64,000 bases of DNA from Olivibacter sp. (GCA_048595275.1 JBMDWN010000024.1:1125-65124), one strand, 5' to 3'; shown: positions 47,129 to 57,689, counted from the first letter of the stretch. The notes: generated by a model from the letters alone, not told the origin. A program made the numbers and translations.

Positions 47129-47476
47129 TTAGCCCCCGGCCCCTTTCACGCGATAACCTTCCTGCTCAAGCAATTGAATCACACGTTCCTTAAAGGTCCC
47201 CTGTATCAGAATCTGTCCTTCTTTCACACTTCCGCCCACACCGCAACGTTGTTTCAACTTCTTGCCTAACACATCCAGGTCTGACATATTTCCAATAAAG
47301 CCGCTTACTACCGTTACCACTTTTCCCCCTCGCTGCTTTTTATCGATCGATACACGGAGATTCTGTTGTTTTGGAGGTAGTGTCGTTGAATCTTCATCCG
47401 ATCCTGAGTCGTAATTAAAATCCGGATTAGTTGAATAGACCACTCCCTGATAGGACTGTTTTTTCGATTTAGACAT
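47129..47476 (-). CDS. yciH: SUI1-family translation initiation factor homologue (YciH-like)
   Basis: 115 aa. RGGKVVTVVSGF ... LGKKLKQRCGVGGSVKEGQILIQG. Confidence 0.88.
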   Translation of the reverse strand: MSKSKKQSYQGVVYSTNPDFNYDSGSDEDSTTLPPKQQNLRVSIDKKQRGGKVVTVVSGFIGNMSDLDVLGKKLKQRCGVGGSVKEGQILIQGTFKERVIQLLEQEGYRVKGAGG

Positions 47477-47498
47477 TACTTTCTCGTTTCCTTAGCTG

Positions 47499-48374
47499 CT
47501 AATGTAGGACTTTAAGAGAAGAAGGCCTAATTTCCACATCTAATTCCTCCCCCATCTCGACGGGTTCTCCATCCAAATGGACAGGCCCCGGCCGTTGTCG
47601 CCGTATCCGGATATTTTTACCTTTAATAATTTCTACAAATTCCGACTGATGGGCAGTCCGGCTGAACAAGTGGTAAACCATGACAGGAAATTGGTATAGC
47701 GGAAACTCTTTAATGATGCTGACATCCAGCAAGCCGTCGCGCACTGACGCTTCCGGAGCTACATAAGCATTGTTTCCATATTGCGGAGAGTTTGCTATGC
47801 TGATCATAAAAGCTTTTTCCGAATAGCTTTTTCCATCCACCACGATCTCGTAAGGCTCCGCTTTATAGCGGCTGATCTCCTCCAACACGACCCGCATATA
47901 GCCCACCGGTCCTCTTTCGCTCCGGTCTGCGAACCGGTCGCTGATCAGCGCATCGAAACCGATACCGGCAACATTGAAAAAGGCCTGGCCGTTTACACAG
48001 CCGCTGTCAATGGAAAGCTCATTGTTCTTGAGTATTTTCTTTACAGCAGACGCGGAATCAATCGGAATTTTGAGATACCTTGCTAACCCGTTTCCGGAAC
48101 CTACCGGAACAATTCCAAGGGATACGCCGGTGCCAATTAAAACCATTGCCACTTCATTAACCGTCCCGTCACCGCCGACAGCCACAATCTGATCCGCGCC
48201 GTTATCAAGTGCTTCTTTAGCCAGTTCAGTTGCGTGATGAGCGTATCTGGTCTCAACATAAGATGCTTCTACCAGCTCTGAAGGGATAAGCTTCTTCGTC
48301 ATTTGCCTGAAGTTAGACTTGCTCTTTCCACCGGAGACCGGATTAATAATAAAGCAGATTTTTTTCTTATCCAT
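47499..48374 (-). CDS. Diacylglycerol-kinase-family lipid kinase (YegS/BmrU-like)
   Basis: CFIINPVSGGK and VAVGGDGTVNEV motifs. I prefer the ATG at 48374; the ORF-track start at 48413 is GTG. Confidence 0.88.
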   Translation of the reverse strand: MDKKKICFIINPVSGGKSKSNFRQMTKKLIPSELVEASYVETRYAHHATELAKEALDNGADQIVAVGGDGTVNEVAMVLIGTGVSLGIVPVGSGNGLARYLKIPIDSASAVKKILKNNELSIDSGCVNGQAFFNVAGIGFDALISDRFADRSERGPVGYMRVVLEEISRYKAEPYEIVVDGKSYSEKAFMISIANSPQYGNNAYVAPEASVRDGLLDVSIIKEFPLYQFPVMVYHLFSRTAHQSEFVEIIKGKNIRIRRQRPGPVHLDGEPVEMGEELDVEIRPSSLKVLH

Positions 48375-48463
48375 AGCTAAGCATTCCACAAGGCTCCACA
48401 GGCAGCACAGCACAAATATATCGAATTAAACTTAGCCCGTACCTCTGGGGAGTGTCTGGCATC

Positions 48464-48502
48464 TCTAATGCACTTCTAATATATACTTAAACTTTTTCTA
48501 AT
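48464..48502. promoter_or_regulatory. TCTAAT direct repeats at 11-bp multiples upstream of the efflux operon (candidate response-regulator sites)
   Basis: TCTAAT at 48464, 48475 and 48497 (offsets of 11 and 33 bp), 24-62 bp upstream of the tolC-like ATG. The function is inferred only. Confidence 0.25.
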
Positions 48503-48525
48503 CGACCCGTAGATAGCTTTGCTTT

Positions 48526-49803
48526 ATGCTTCAGCGAATCACATTCGTCACTATGTTCTTTTGCACATGGATCCATTCGCTTTATGCGACCGGGGCCGCC
48601 GCAGACACGTTATCCGTTACCCATGCCGAGGCGGAGGCTATTTTTTTAAAAAATAATTTATCTCTCCTAGCAGCAGAAGTGGAAATACCGATAGCGGAAG
48701 CCCGGCGAATACAAGCAAAAGCCTGGCCGAATCCCCGGTTTGAACTCGATGAAATAAACCTCTGGACCAACAATACTGTCGAGCCTTCCCCACCCCTGCT
48801 TGGTCGTTTCGGACGCAATCAGCAACTGGCGTTTCGGGTAGAGCAACTTATACAAACGGCGGGCAAACGGAAGAAATCTGTCAACCTGGAATCCAGCAAA
48901 GTAAAACTCGCATCTGAAATCTTTAATGAAGTTTTGGTGGGTCTTCGTATAGGGTTTCGTAAAGATTTATCCGAATTGAGCTATCATCAGCAACTGGTGC
49001 AAGACTTTCTCCGCCAGGAGCATATTATACGGGATTTGGTCCGTTCTCAGGAAAAACAGTATACCGCCGGAAACATCGCGCAGGCAGAACTCCTTCGCAT
49101 CAAAGCACTTCATTTCGCACTAAAGCAGGAAATCACTGAATTACGCCGGCAAATCCATCAATACCAAAGCTCAATCCGAAACGATCTGGCATTGCCTTCC
49201 GATACCGAATTCCTTTTGAAGCCGGACTACCCGGATCTTACCCGGTCAAGTCAATTACAGCTCAGCCTGAAAGAAGATCAGGCTTACCGGAAGAACAGCG
49301 CTATCCGGGTTGCCGAGGCGGAACTCGATGTGCGCCGGAAGACGCTTAGGCTGGAAGAATCTCAAAAAATGCCGGATTTAGCATTCAACCTTTCATACGA
49401 TCGCAATGGAAGTACTATGCTAAACTTCTGGGGCGTCGGAATCAGTCTTGACATACCACTTTTTAATCGCAATCGCGGCAATATTCTGGCTTCCCGATAC
49501 GCTATAAAGCAGCAAACCATCCAAGTTGATCAGGAGAAACTGCGGATCGGCAATGAAATCCGGCGACTCGCCCTCGATCTTGAACAGGCCATCAGTCTAT
49601 ACCAGGAAGTCGACCCTGATTACCTGCACCAATTAGAAGCTATGGAGAGCGGTATCACCAGAAATTTAATGGAAAAGAATCTAAGCTTGCTTGAGTTTCT
49701 TGACTTTTTAGAATCGTTCCGGGAGAGCAAGCAACATTATTACAGCAGTATAAAAGACATTCAGCAGATAACTGAAGAAATCCGCTATTTAACAGGAGAA
49801 TAA
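48526..49803 (+). CDS. TolC-family outer-membrane efflux protein (CzcC-like)
   Basis: 425 aa with a signal peptide. Two coiled-coil/beta-barrel repeats typical of outer-membrane factors. First gene of the RND operon. Confidence 0.85.
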   Translation: MLQRITFVTMFFCTWIHSLYATGAAADTLSVTHAEAEAIFLKNNLSLLAAEVEIPIAEARRIQAKAWPNPRFELDEINLWTNNTVEPSPPLLGRFGRNQQLAFRVEQLIQTAGKRKKSVNLESSKVKLASEIFNEVLVGLRIGFRKDLSELSYHQQLVQDFLRQEHIIRDLVRSQEKQYTAGNIAQAELLRIKALHFALKQEITELRRQIHQYQSSIRNDLALPSDTEFLLKPDYPDLTRSSQLQLSLKEDQAYRKNSAIRVAEAELDVRRKTLRLEESQKMPDLAFNLSYDRNGSTMLNFWGVGISLDIPLFNRNRGNILASRYAIKQQTIQVDQEKLRIGNEIRRLALDLEQAISLYQEVDPDYLHQLEAMESGITRNLMEKNLSLLEFLDFLESFRESKQHYYSSIKDIQQITEEIRYLTGE

Positions 49804-49804
49804 T

Positions 49805-50908
49805 ATGAGGCAAAATCTTTGCTACAGGAGTAGCTTCCTAATTTTAATCGTCATGGTTCTGTATGGCTGCCGGCAAACGTCGACGAATGAGGGACCACCA
49901 GTTTCAGATACAATTCCCGACAGTGTTGACCTGCAAACCTGGTCAGTCGATTCGGTGCGCAGCAGCAAGCAATCTAACGTCTTGCAATTGACGGGTGTGG
50001 TGCGGTATAACCCGGAACATGTCTATCGTTTTGTCCCCCTGCTTTCCGGTGTTGTGCGCAATGCGTACGTTTCTTTTGGCGACCTGGTCAAGAAAGGGGA
50101 TGTACTCCTGGAAATCAGCAGTCCTGAAATCACGGAACTAAGTGCTGATTTACGCGACGCAAAGGAATCACTAAAAGTCGCAAAACGCCAGCTCCAGTCG
50201 CAGCAAAGCTTATATGCAGATCGGGTAGCCTCAGACCGCGAAGTTCTGGAAGCACAAACAGCGGTGAGAAGAACGCAAACTGCCATAGAGAAATTGGAGG
50301 AAAATCTGAGAACATATGGCGGAAGCATTGAAAATGGGCTGCTGGTGGTGAGAGCCGAAATAGCCGGATCTGTTATTGAAATGAATGCTGTCCGCGGACA
50401 GCAGGTCGAACCCGGTGGTGAGCATCTTTTCGCGTTAGGCAACCTTAATGAAGTATGGATCGAAGCGAACATCTACGCTGGCGAAATTAAACGGGTACAA
50501 AAAGGATTGAAAGCAAAAATACAGACCACAGCATGGCCTGATGAAATCTTCCATGGTAAAATACAGCGACTATCGGATGTAATTGATCCGCAGGAAAAAG
50601 TGCTCAAAGCAGTTATTCCGCTTCCTAACCCTCAATCAAAGCTAAAACCAGGTATGGCTGTCAGCATTGAACTGGCTTCAGAACCTGCTAATGATGTGGT
50701 GGCCCTTCCCCTTACCGCCGTAATTTTCGATCAGGACCGATACCAGGTATTGCTGGCAGACAATCCTTCTCAGAAAGAAATCAGGACAATCACTCCGTTG
50801 TATCAGGATGATGAGTTCGTGTACATCGAATTGCAAGATCTGCAACCGGGCCAGAAATTGATTCGAAATAATGCCCTCCTCCATTACCAACATCTTATAG
50901 AAGAGTAG
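49805..50908 (+). CDS. Efflux RND periplasmic adaptor subunit (membrane fusion protein)
   Basis: Lipobox VLYGC, a biotinyl-lipoyl-like hairpin (GDLVKKGDVLLEISSPE) and a coiled-coil segment. Starts 1 nt after the tolC-like stop codon. Confidence 0.88.
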   Translation: MRQNLCYRSSFLILIVMVLYGCRQTSTNEGPPVSDTIPDSVDLQTWSVDSVRSSKQSNVLQLTGVVRYNPEHVYRFVPLLSGVVRNAYVSFGDLVKKGDVLLEISSPEITELSADLRDAKESLKVAKRQLQSQQSLYADRVASDREVLEAQTAVRRTQTAIEKLEENLRTYGGSIENGLLVVRAEIAGSVIEMNAVRGQQVEPGGEHLFALGNLNEVWIEANIYAGEIKRVQKGLKAKIQTTAWPDEIFHGKIQRLSDVIDPQEKVLKAVIPLPNPQSKLKPGMAVSIELASEPANDVVALPLTAVIFDQDRYQVLLADNPSQKEIRTITPLYQDDEFVYIELQDLQPGQKLIRNNALLHYQHLIEE

Positions 50909-50941
50909 CTCCTCAAAGAACAACCGCCAGCTTCGTTATAC

Positions 50942-53900
50942 ATGATTCGTTTCACAGAAAAAATTGTGGGCTTCGCCCTCAAAAACAGTACGCTCGTATT
51001 ATTTCTAACCGCTTTACTCGCTGTCGGTGGTATTTACGCTTACTTCCAAACGCCGATAGAGGCCTATCCCGATGTAACCAGTACCCGTACCAGAATTATC
51101 AGTCAGTGGCCGGGAAGAAGTGCTGAAGAGGTCGAAAAATTCGTTACCCTGCCCATTACAAAAGAAGTCAACAGCATACCGGGAAAAACGTCAGTAAGAT
51201 CTATTTCTCTCTTCGGGCTTTCAGTGGTAACCATAAACTTTACGGATGAGATAGACGACTTTTATGCGCAGCAATATACCTCAAACAGGCTCAATGGTGT
51301 GGATTTTCCGGACGGTGTAGAGGCGGAAATAGAGCCTCCTTCCGGCGCTACGGGTGAGATCTTCCGCTACATCATTCGCGCACCGAAGGACATGCCCATC
51401 CGGGAAGTCTACGCTTTACAAACCTGGGAGATCGAACGGGAACTGTTGAGCGTTAAAGGCGTAGCAGATGTGGTGAGTTTCGGGGGCGAAGAAAAGGCCT
51501 ACCAGATCCGTGTAAACCCGGCCGAGCTGGCAAATTTTGGCCTCACGGCACTGGATGTGTTCGAAGCGGTATCAAACAGCAACGTGAACGTCGGAGGCGA
51601 CATGATCGAACAAGGAAGTCAGGCTTATGTGGTCCGCGGCATCGGCCTTCTCGACAAAGTCAGCGATATTGAAAATATTCTGATCAAAAACACCAAAGAT
51701 GCTCCGGTCCTGATTAAGCATGTCGCCGAAGTTAGCATCGGTGCAAAACCCCGTCTCGGGCAGGTTGGCTTTCAGGATGACGAAGATGTGGTGGAGGGGA
51801 TTGTGCTGATGTTCCGTGGTGAAAACCCGAGCGCGGTCGTTGAGGGACTAAAAAGTAAAATTGAAGAATTAAACAGCCGGATTCTTCCGGAAGGTGTGTC
51901 CATTGAGCGTTTCCATGACCGCAGCACACTGGTAAACAAAACCGTAGAAACGGTAAGCAAAAACCTGATCGAAGGGATCTTTCTGGTCTCGGTCGTTGTT
52001 TTCCTTTTCCTGTTCAACTGGCGTACCACGCTGATTGTCGCGTCCGTTATTCCCCTGGCTTTTCTTTTTGCCATTATTCTTCTACGTGTGCAGGGACTTT
52101 CTGCCAATTTGATCTCCCTGGGCGCGGTAGATTTCGGGCTCTTATTAGAGGGAACCATGGTCATTGTAGAGCATGTTTTCGTCGCCCTGGACCAAAAAGC
52201 AAGATCGCTCGGCATGCAGCGCTTCAACCGAATCGGTAAATCCGGCATCATCCGGCGTAATGCCAAAGGGGTAGCCAAATCGATCCTCTTCGCCCAACTC
52301 ATCCTCATTGTGGCGCTCCTCCCGATCTTTACCTTTGAAAAAGTCGAAGGTAAAATGTTTTCACCCCTGGCCTTTACGCTGGGTTATGCCCTGCTTGGAT
52401 CCCTGATCCTGAGCCTTACCTATGTTCCGGTACTTTGCAAGATACTGCTTAATAAAAATGTAACAGATCGCAGAAACCCCATAACGGAGGGAGTGCGGAA
52501 ATCGCTGTTTTTTATATACCGGATTGCAGAACAACATAAAAAAGCCGTCTTAGTCGCTTTTGCGGTCCTGATGCTGGCTTGTGGTTTCGGCTTTAGCCGG
52601 ATTGGTACCGAGTTCATCCCGAAATTAAATGAAGGCGCTATTTATATTCGTGCAACCCTGCCAAACAGCATTAGCCTTGAAGAATCCGTGCGGTTGACGA
52701 ATACCTTTAAGAAACATATCCGTTCATTTGACGAGGTGGAATTTGTACTTAGTCAGACCGGCAGGCCGAACGACGGCACAGACCCGGTAGGCTTCTTTAA
52801 CATCGAATTTCATACGCAGCTCAAAGATCAGGAGCTCTGGGAAAGAAACATCTCAAAAGATCAGCTTATTGAGGAAATGCAAGGCAAGTTAAATCAATAC
52901 CCGGGCACCGTTTTCGCCTTCAGTCAGCCAATAATGGACAACGTAGAAGAATACGTGGCTGGTGTAAAAAGTGCACTGGTTGTAAAAATCTTTGGCGATA
53001 ACCTGAATAACCTGGAACAATACGCCGACAGCGTTGCCCGGCAGCTTAAATCCGTCCGGGGCGTCGAAGATCTGAATATTTTCCGCAATATGGGAATACC
53101 GGAACTGCGCATCCGTCTGAGCGAAGAAAGGATGGCTCGTTATGGCGTACCGGTCAGGGATGCACAATCGGTAGTTGAAATGGCTATTGGGGGGAAAGCC
53201 GCATCCACATACTATGAGGGTGAACGCATGTTCGACATAAGGGTACGTTACGACAGCCCTTTCCGAAGCAACGAGCAGCAGATCCGAAATATTCTCGTTC
53301 CGGCGATGAACGACTCAAAAGTTCCCTTATACGAAATCGCCGATATCGGTTTTTATAGCGGTCCAGCTTTTATCTACCGGGAAGGAAGCAGCCGCTACAT
53401 CGCCATCGGGTTCTCCATCCGGGGACGTGATCTTGGAAGCACCGTCCGGGAAGCACAGGAACGTGTACAGGAAAATATAAGTCTTCCAACAGCTTACAAA
53501 GTAGAATGGGCCGGCGAGTTCGAAAACCAGGAGCGGGCTTTATCCAGGCTATCCGCCATTGTTCCCATCTCTTTACTTCTAATCGGCTTTTTGCTTTACC
53601 TGAATTTCGGCAATCTTCCGGATACCCTTCTTTCGCTGTTGACCATTCCCTTTGCTTTTATCGGTGGCTTCCTGTCTTTATGGATTACCGGAACCACCTT
53701 CGGAATCTCTGCGGGAATAGGCTTCATCATACTATTCGGTGTAGGGACAATTGACGGGATCATTCTCATCAGCGTCATGAAAGAGTATCTGCGCAAGGGA
53801 CTAGCTCTTGAAGATGCGATTCGAAAGGGTGTCTGGGAGCGTATCCGCCCGGTCTTTATGATCGCCATCATGGGCTCACTAGGCCTGCTCCCTGCAGCAC

Positions 53901-54049
53901 TTTCCCAGGGAATGGGAGCTGAAATCCAGAAACCCCTTGCTATCATGATCGTTGGAGGCTTGCTGATCTGTATGCTGCTGAGTCTGGTTGTTCTGCCCCA
54001 GGTTTTCTATCTCGTTTACCGCAATCGCCCTCATGCCGGAAAAGCTTAA
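50942..54049 (+). CDS. CusA/CzcA-family heavy-metal efflux RND permease
   Basis: 1035 aa, 12 TM helices and two large periplasmic loops. The N-terminus (..TPIEAYPDVTSTRTRIISQWPGRSAEEVEKFVTLPIT) is characteristic of the HME-RND family. Confidence 0.92.
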   Translation: MIRFTEKIVGFALKNSTLVLFLTALLAVGGIYAYFQTPIEAYPDVTSTRTRIISQWPGRSAEEVEKFVTLPITKEVNSIPGKTSVRSISLFGLSVVTINFTDEIDDFYAQQYTSNRLNGVDFPDGVEAEIEPPSGATGEIFRYIIRAPKDMPIREVYALQTWEIERELLSVKGVADVVSFGGEEKAYQIRVNPAELANFGLTALDVFEAVSNSNVNVGGDMIEQGSQAYVVRGIGLLDKVSDIENILIKNTKDAPVLIKHVAEVSIGAKPRLGQVGFQDDEDVVEGIVLMFRGENPSAVVEGLKSKIEELNSRILPEGVSIERFHDRSTLVNKTVETVSKNLIEGIFLVSVVVFLFLFNWRTTLIVASVIPLAFLFAIILLRVQGLSANLISLGAVDFGLLLEGTMVIVEHVFVALDQKARSLGMQRFNRIGKSGIIRRNAKGVAKSILFAQLILIVALLPIFTFEKVEGKMFSPLAFTLGYALLGSLILSLTYVPVLCKILLNKNVTDRRNPITEGVRKSLFFIYRIAEQHKKAVLVAFAVLMLACGFGFSRIGTEFIPKLNEGAIYIRATLPNSISLEESVRLTNTFKKHIRSFDEVEFVLSQTGRPNDGTDPVGFFNIEFHTQLKDQELWERNISKDQLIEEMQGKLNQYPGTVFAFSQPIMDNVEEYVAGVKSALVVKIFGDNLNNLEQYADSVARQLKSVRGVEDLNIFRNMGIPELRIRLSEERMARYGVPVRDAQSVVEMAIGGKAASTYYEGERMFDIRVRYDSPFRSNEQQIRNILVPAMNDSKVPLYEIADIGFYSGPAFIYREGSSRYIAIGFSIRGRDLGSTVREAQERVQENISLPTAYKVEWAGEFENQERALSRLSAIVPISLLLIGFLLYLNFGNLPDTLLSLLTIPFAFIGGFLSLWITGTTFGISAGIGFIILFGVGTIDGIILISVMKEYLRKGLALEDAIRKGVWERIRPVFMIAIMGSLGLLPAALSQGMGAEIQKPLAIMIVGGLLICMLLSLVVLPQVFYLVYRNRPHAGKA

Positions 54050-54088
54050 TGTTTGCTATTCGCGCAGACAATCAATAAGTTTGTTCCC

Positions 54089-54781
54089 ATGGCCCAAATT
54101 CTGTTAGTCGAAGACGATGACCGCGTTGCCTCCTTTATAGAAAAAGGACTAAGCGAACACCTCTTTAATGTTGAGCGGGCTGATGACGGCTTTAAAGCGG
54201 TAGGAATGGCCAGCGTGGATAATTTCGACCTGATTATCCTCGATCTGCTCCTGCCCGGACTGGACGGACTAAACGTATGCCGGATCCTCCGCGAAAAGCG
54301 CGTGAATACCCCCATATTAATCCTTAGTGCGCTGGATGATACCGGGAAAAAAGTAACGGGGCTTGAAGCCGGAGCCGATGACTACCTGGTCAAACCGTTC
54401 CACTTCGATGAATTGCTTGCCCGGATCAATGCCTTGCTGCGTCGTGCTGCTATTCTGAAAGATCTTGGCGATGTATATGAGTACGCCGATCTGAAAATAG
54501 ACATTGCAAGTTTTACAACAGAGCGCGCAGGGGTGAAGATCCGCCTGTCCCAGCGGGAGTTCAAGCTGCTCCTTTTCCTTATGGAAAACCGCGAACGTAC
54601 GGTATCCCGTGCTCAGATCGCGGGTTCTGTCTGGAACATCAACTTCGACAGAGGAACCAACGTAGTTGATGTCTATATCAACTACCTGAGAAATAAAGTC
54701 GACAAACCCTTCGCCAAACCGCTTATTCACACGATCAAAGGTAGAGGCTATTTATTCAGCGACCGGTACGATGCCCCTTAA
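54089..54781 (+). CDS. OmpR/PhoB-type response regulator
   Basis: AQILLVEDDDRV ... DLIILDLLLPGLDG receiver domain plus a winged-helix output domain (LSQREFKLLLFLMEN...TIKGRGY). I prefer the ATG at 54089; the ORF-track start at 54053 is TTG. Confidence 0.92.
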   Translation: MAQILLVEDDDRVASFIEKGLSEHLFNVERADDGFKAVGMASVDNFDLIILDLLLPGLDGLNVCRILREKRVNTPILILSALDDTGKKVTGLEAGADDYLVKPFHFDELLARINALLRRAAILKDLGDVYEYADLKIDIASFTTERAGVKIRLSQREFKLLLFLMENRERTVSRAQIAGSVWNINFDRGTNVVDVYINYLRNKVDKPFAKPLIHTIKGRGYLFSDRYDAP

Positions 54782-56144
54782 AACGAGACTACTGATCCAA
54801 AGCCTGCTGATTTTTGCTGGCGTAGTTGCCTTTATCATCATAGGCACTTACCTTTTTTACAGCAAAGAAATCCGGAGGCTTTTTCACGAAAACCTGCGGG
54901 ATAAGGCGATGATCGCCGCTTTCTACCACCTCGAAAAAGATGAGCTTAATGCAGAGCGCTTTGCCCGTATCAGAGAGCGATACCGGCAGATTTATGGTGC
55001 TTCCATACGCTTTTTCAATGAGCAGGACAAGATGGTTTTCGAGTTTGACAGCCTGACCTATCAGATCGACGCGCAACGCATAAAACGAATTCGGGAAACC
55101 GGGCAGCAATATTTTGCTATAGGCGAGCGACAGTTCGCAGGCATCTATTACCGCGACAACCAGGGAAATTTCGTGATAACCGCTTCTGACATCAACATTG
55201 AGGGAGAGCAGCAGCTTTCCAGGTTACGGTTCTTTCTGATATCTTTTTTTCTGGTGGGTTTAGCCATCACCTATTTTCTGAGCCGATGGCTGGCACGGCA
55301 GACCTTCAGTCCGTTCGACCGGCTGATTCATGAAGTTAACCAGATTACCACCTCCCGGCTGAACAGCCGACTGCACGTTCCAGGCTCAGAAGGAAATGAA
55401 TTATTTCTGCTGACAACCACCATGAATCAACTCCTTCACCGCATTGAAGCGGGTGTGCGGAGTCAGCAAAACTTCATCAAACACGCATCTCATGAACTAC
55501 GGACACCCCTTACGTCCATTCTGGGCACGCTGGACGTCACCTTAGCCAAGGAACGGGATGCTGAGTCGTACCGGAACCAGATGCAACGTGCACACCGCGA
55601 CGCGGCGCAGATGATGGATATCCTGAACGGTTTACTGCTTATATCGGGTCTTGAAGAAGATCAGGCGCAAATGCCGGCCTCCGCTTTTCGTCTTGATGAA
55701 CTGATTCTAGACCTCATAGAAGGCCATGCTGTGTTGTCCCGTTCCGAGCATCTGGTATTCGAACTGGAGGCTGTTGATGACCCCGATCGCGAGCTCATCG
55801 TCCAGGGAAACCGGGAATTGCTTTCGATCGCCCTTCGAAACCTGATCGATAACGCTTTCAAATACGCAGAAGGGAAGGAAGTGAAAATTACGCTAAAAAG
55901 AATCAATGCCGGTCAGCTGCATTTGGCGGTCTGCGACAAAGGAAATGGAATTGCCCCGGAAGACTTAGCTCATATTTTTGATCTCTTTTTCCGCGGAGGC
56001 CAGCAATACCGGCACGCGGGTACGGGCATTGGCCTTTATCTTTCTAAACGAATCGCGGAGAAACACGGACTGGATTTGAAAGTGGAATCAAGGCTTGGAG
56101 AAGGGGCCTGCTTTTACCTGGTATTCCCGAAAACAGTCAATTAA
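54771..56144 (+). CDS. Sensor histidine kinase (2 TM, HAMP, HisKA, HATPase_c)
   Basis: H-box HASHELRTPLTSI, N-box NLIDNAFKY and G-box GTGIGLYL. 11-nt overlap with the response regulator gene. Confidence 0.92.
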   Translation: MPLKTRLLIQSLLIFAGVVAFIIIGTYLFYSKEIRRLFHENLRDKAMIAAFYHLEKDELNAERFARIRERYRQIYGASIRFFNEQDKMVFEFDSLTYQIDAQRIKRIRETGQQYFAIGERQFAGIYYRDNQGNFVITASDINIEGEQQLSRLRFFLISFFLVGLAITYFLSRWLARQTFSPFDRLIHEVNQITTSRLNSRLHVPGSEGNELFLLTTTMNQLLHRIEAGVRSQQNFIKHASHELRTPLTSILGTLDVTLAKERDAESYRNQMQRAHRDAAQMMDILNGLLLISGLEEDQAQMPASAFRLDELILDLIEGHAVLSRSEHLVFELEAVDDPDRELIVQGNRELLSIALRNLIDNAFKYAEGKEVKITLKRINAGQLHLAVCDKGNGIAPEDLAHIFDLFFRGGQQYRHAGTGIGLYLSKRIAEKHGLDLKVESRLGEGACFYLVFPKTVN

Positions 56145-56209
56145 TTTCCAAATGCTGAATACTTCGGAGCCTTTTTCTCGTTATATATACAAAGATCAAT
56201 ACGACCCTT

Positions 56210-56887
56210 ATGAACAGTAGAGCTCATCCAGGTATTTTTTCCAGCCGCTACCAGGCATTAAGGCGACTAAAAGATAAAACACTTGCTTTTTTTGAGGAAG
56301 AAATAGACACCAGGAAAGATCCTGTCCTTGTCGATTTTGGCTGCGGCGATAAGCCTTATGAGCACCTGATAAAAAAACACGTCGCCCAATACATCGGAGT
56401 TGATCTCCGGATGAATCCGAAAGCAGAGCGGTTTATAGACCTCGACAGCAAAATGGATCTGCCGGACGCCAGTGCCGACATCGTCTTATCAAATCAGGTT
56501 CTTGAGCATGTCGACAACCCGGAGGGGTATCTGGCAGAAGCCTGGCGTGTTTTAAAACCCGGCGGATGGATGATTCTTTCAACCCACGGGTATTGGTATT
56601 ATCATCCTACACCGAACGACTATTACCGCTGGACCAGCGCCGGTCTCAAGCGGACCATAGAGCAGGCGGGATTTACCACAGCGCGATTTTCGGGTATTCT
56701 CGGACTTGCCGCCAGCGGTCTCCAACTTTTTCAGGACGGCCTTATCAATAAAGCACCCCGGATCCTTCACCCATTGATCTCTTTCCTTCTTCAGGGGCTT
56801 ATTGGCTTTACCGACAAGCTCTACAGCCAGGCACAGCGCGACCGTGACGCGGCAATTTATGTTGTTTTTGCCAAAAAAGGAGGTTAA
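56210..56887 (+). CDS. Class I SAM-dependent methyltransferase
   Basis: Motif I VLVDFGCGDKPY. Motif post-II ADIVLSNQVLEHV. Confidence 0.85.
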   Translation: MNSRAHPGIFSSRYQALRRLKDKTLAFFEEEIDTRKDPVLVDFGCGDKPYEHLIKKHVAQYIGVDLRMNPKAERFIDLDSKMDLPDASADIVLSNQVLEHVDNPEGYLAEAWRVLKPGGWMILSTHGYWYYHPTPNDYYRWTSAGLKRTIEQAGFTTARFSGILGLAASGLQLFQDGLINKAPRILHPLISFLLQGLIGFTDKLYSQAQRDRDAAIYVVFAKKGG

Positions 56888-56911
56888 CTTTATCCGCTTG
56901 AAGCATTATCT

Positions 56912-57685
56912 ATGTCCGGTTCTCCCAACGAAGAGGCAGTTGTCTCCTATTATGACACCGTAGTTAAAAATAAGCTGCACAATTACCTTTACGGCAATCC
57001 GCGTGTGGATGCTGCCTGGCAGACCATTGTAAAGTACCAGCCGCAAGCGGGGAAAATGCTGGAAATACTCGAGGTCGGATGCGGCGTTGGCACCATCTGT
57101 CACCGCATGGCGCAAAAGTGGCCTCAGGCAAGCATTTCCGGCCTGGATATCAGTCCGCGTTCCATAGAGGTAGCCCATAAACTTTTCGGATCCGAACAGG
57201 TTCAGTTTACGGCTGGTGTACTAACAGCGGATCAGTTTAACCGTCAATTCGACCTGATCATTTTTATGGACGTTTATGAGCACATTGCCGTAGACGATCG
57301 TCCAACGGTCCATCACGCCATAAAGAAGCTGCTGCGGAACAGGGGGCGGGTCATCCTGTCGGTTCCTACTCCGCACAACCTCCAGTGGTCCGCCAAACAC
57401 AAACCCGAGACCATGCAACCCGTCGATGAACACATCAGTCTTGGCGTAATCGAGCAGCTCGCCCGCGAAACCGATACCGAAGTCATCTTTTACGAGAAGA
57501 AAGATATCTGGAACACGGGTGACTATGCGCACATCGTTCTGGAGAAAAATGATGACTTTCAGGCGGCCTTTTTTAAGCCAAAACCGGTAAGTCTTAAGCA
57601 ATCCCTAAAACGACGGGCACACAAATGGAGCCAGCGGCTGACAGCTCCATTCAAGCAGGTGAGGCTGAAGAGAAGATTAAAATAA
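56912..57685 (+). CDS. Class I SAM-dependent methyltransferase
   Basis: Motif I ILEVGCGVGTI. FDLIIFMDVYEHI. Confidence 0.85.
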   Translation: MSGSPNEEAVVSYYDTVVKNKLHNYLYGNPRVDAAWQTIVKYQPQAGKMLEILEVGCGVGTICHRMAQKWPQASISGLDISPRSIEVAHKLFGSEQVQFTAGVLTADQFNRQFDLIIFMDVYEHIAVDDRPTVHHAIKKLLRNRGRVILSVPTPHNLQWSAKHKPETMQPVDEHISLGVIEQLARETDTEVIFYEKKDIWNTGDYAHIVLEKNDDFQAAFFKPKPVSLKQSLKRRAHKWSQRLTAPFKQVRLKRRLK

Positions 57686-57689
57686 TACG

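Noticed and set aside
51772-52308. 178-aa ORF antisense to the RND pump gene. Similar cases are 50023..50472, 52889..53167 and 53596..53946.
   Set aside because: These ORFs lie entirely inside well-supported genes on the opposite strand. They are rich in Ser, Arg and Thr as expected for shadow frames, and they show no motifs.
54046-54730. Two antisense ORFs (89 aa and 137 aa) opposite the response-regulator gene.
   Set aside because: They are shadow ORFs of a gene with clear receiver and winged-helix motifs, and they carry no independent signals.
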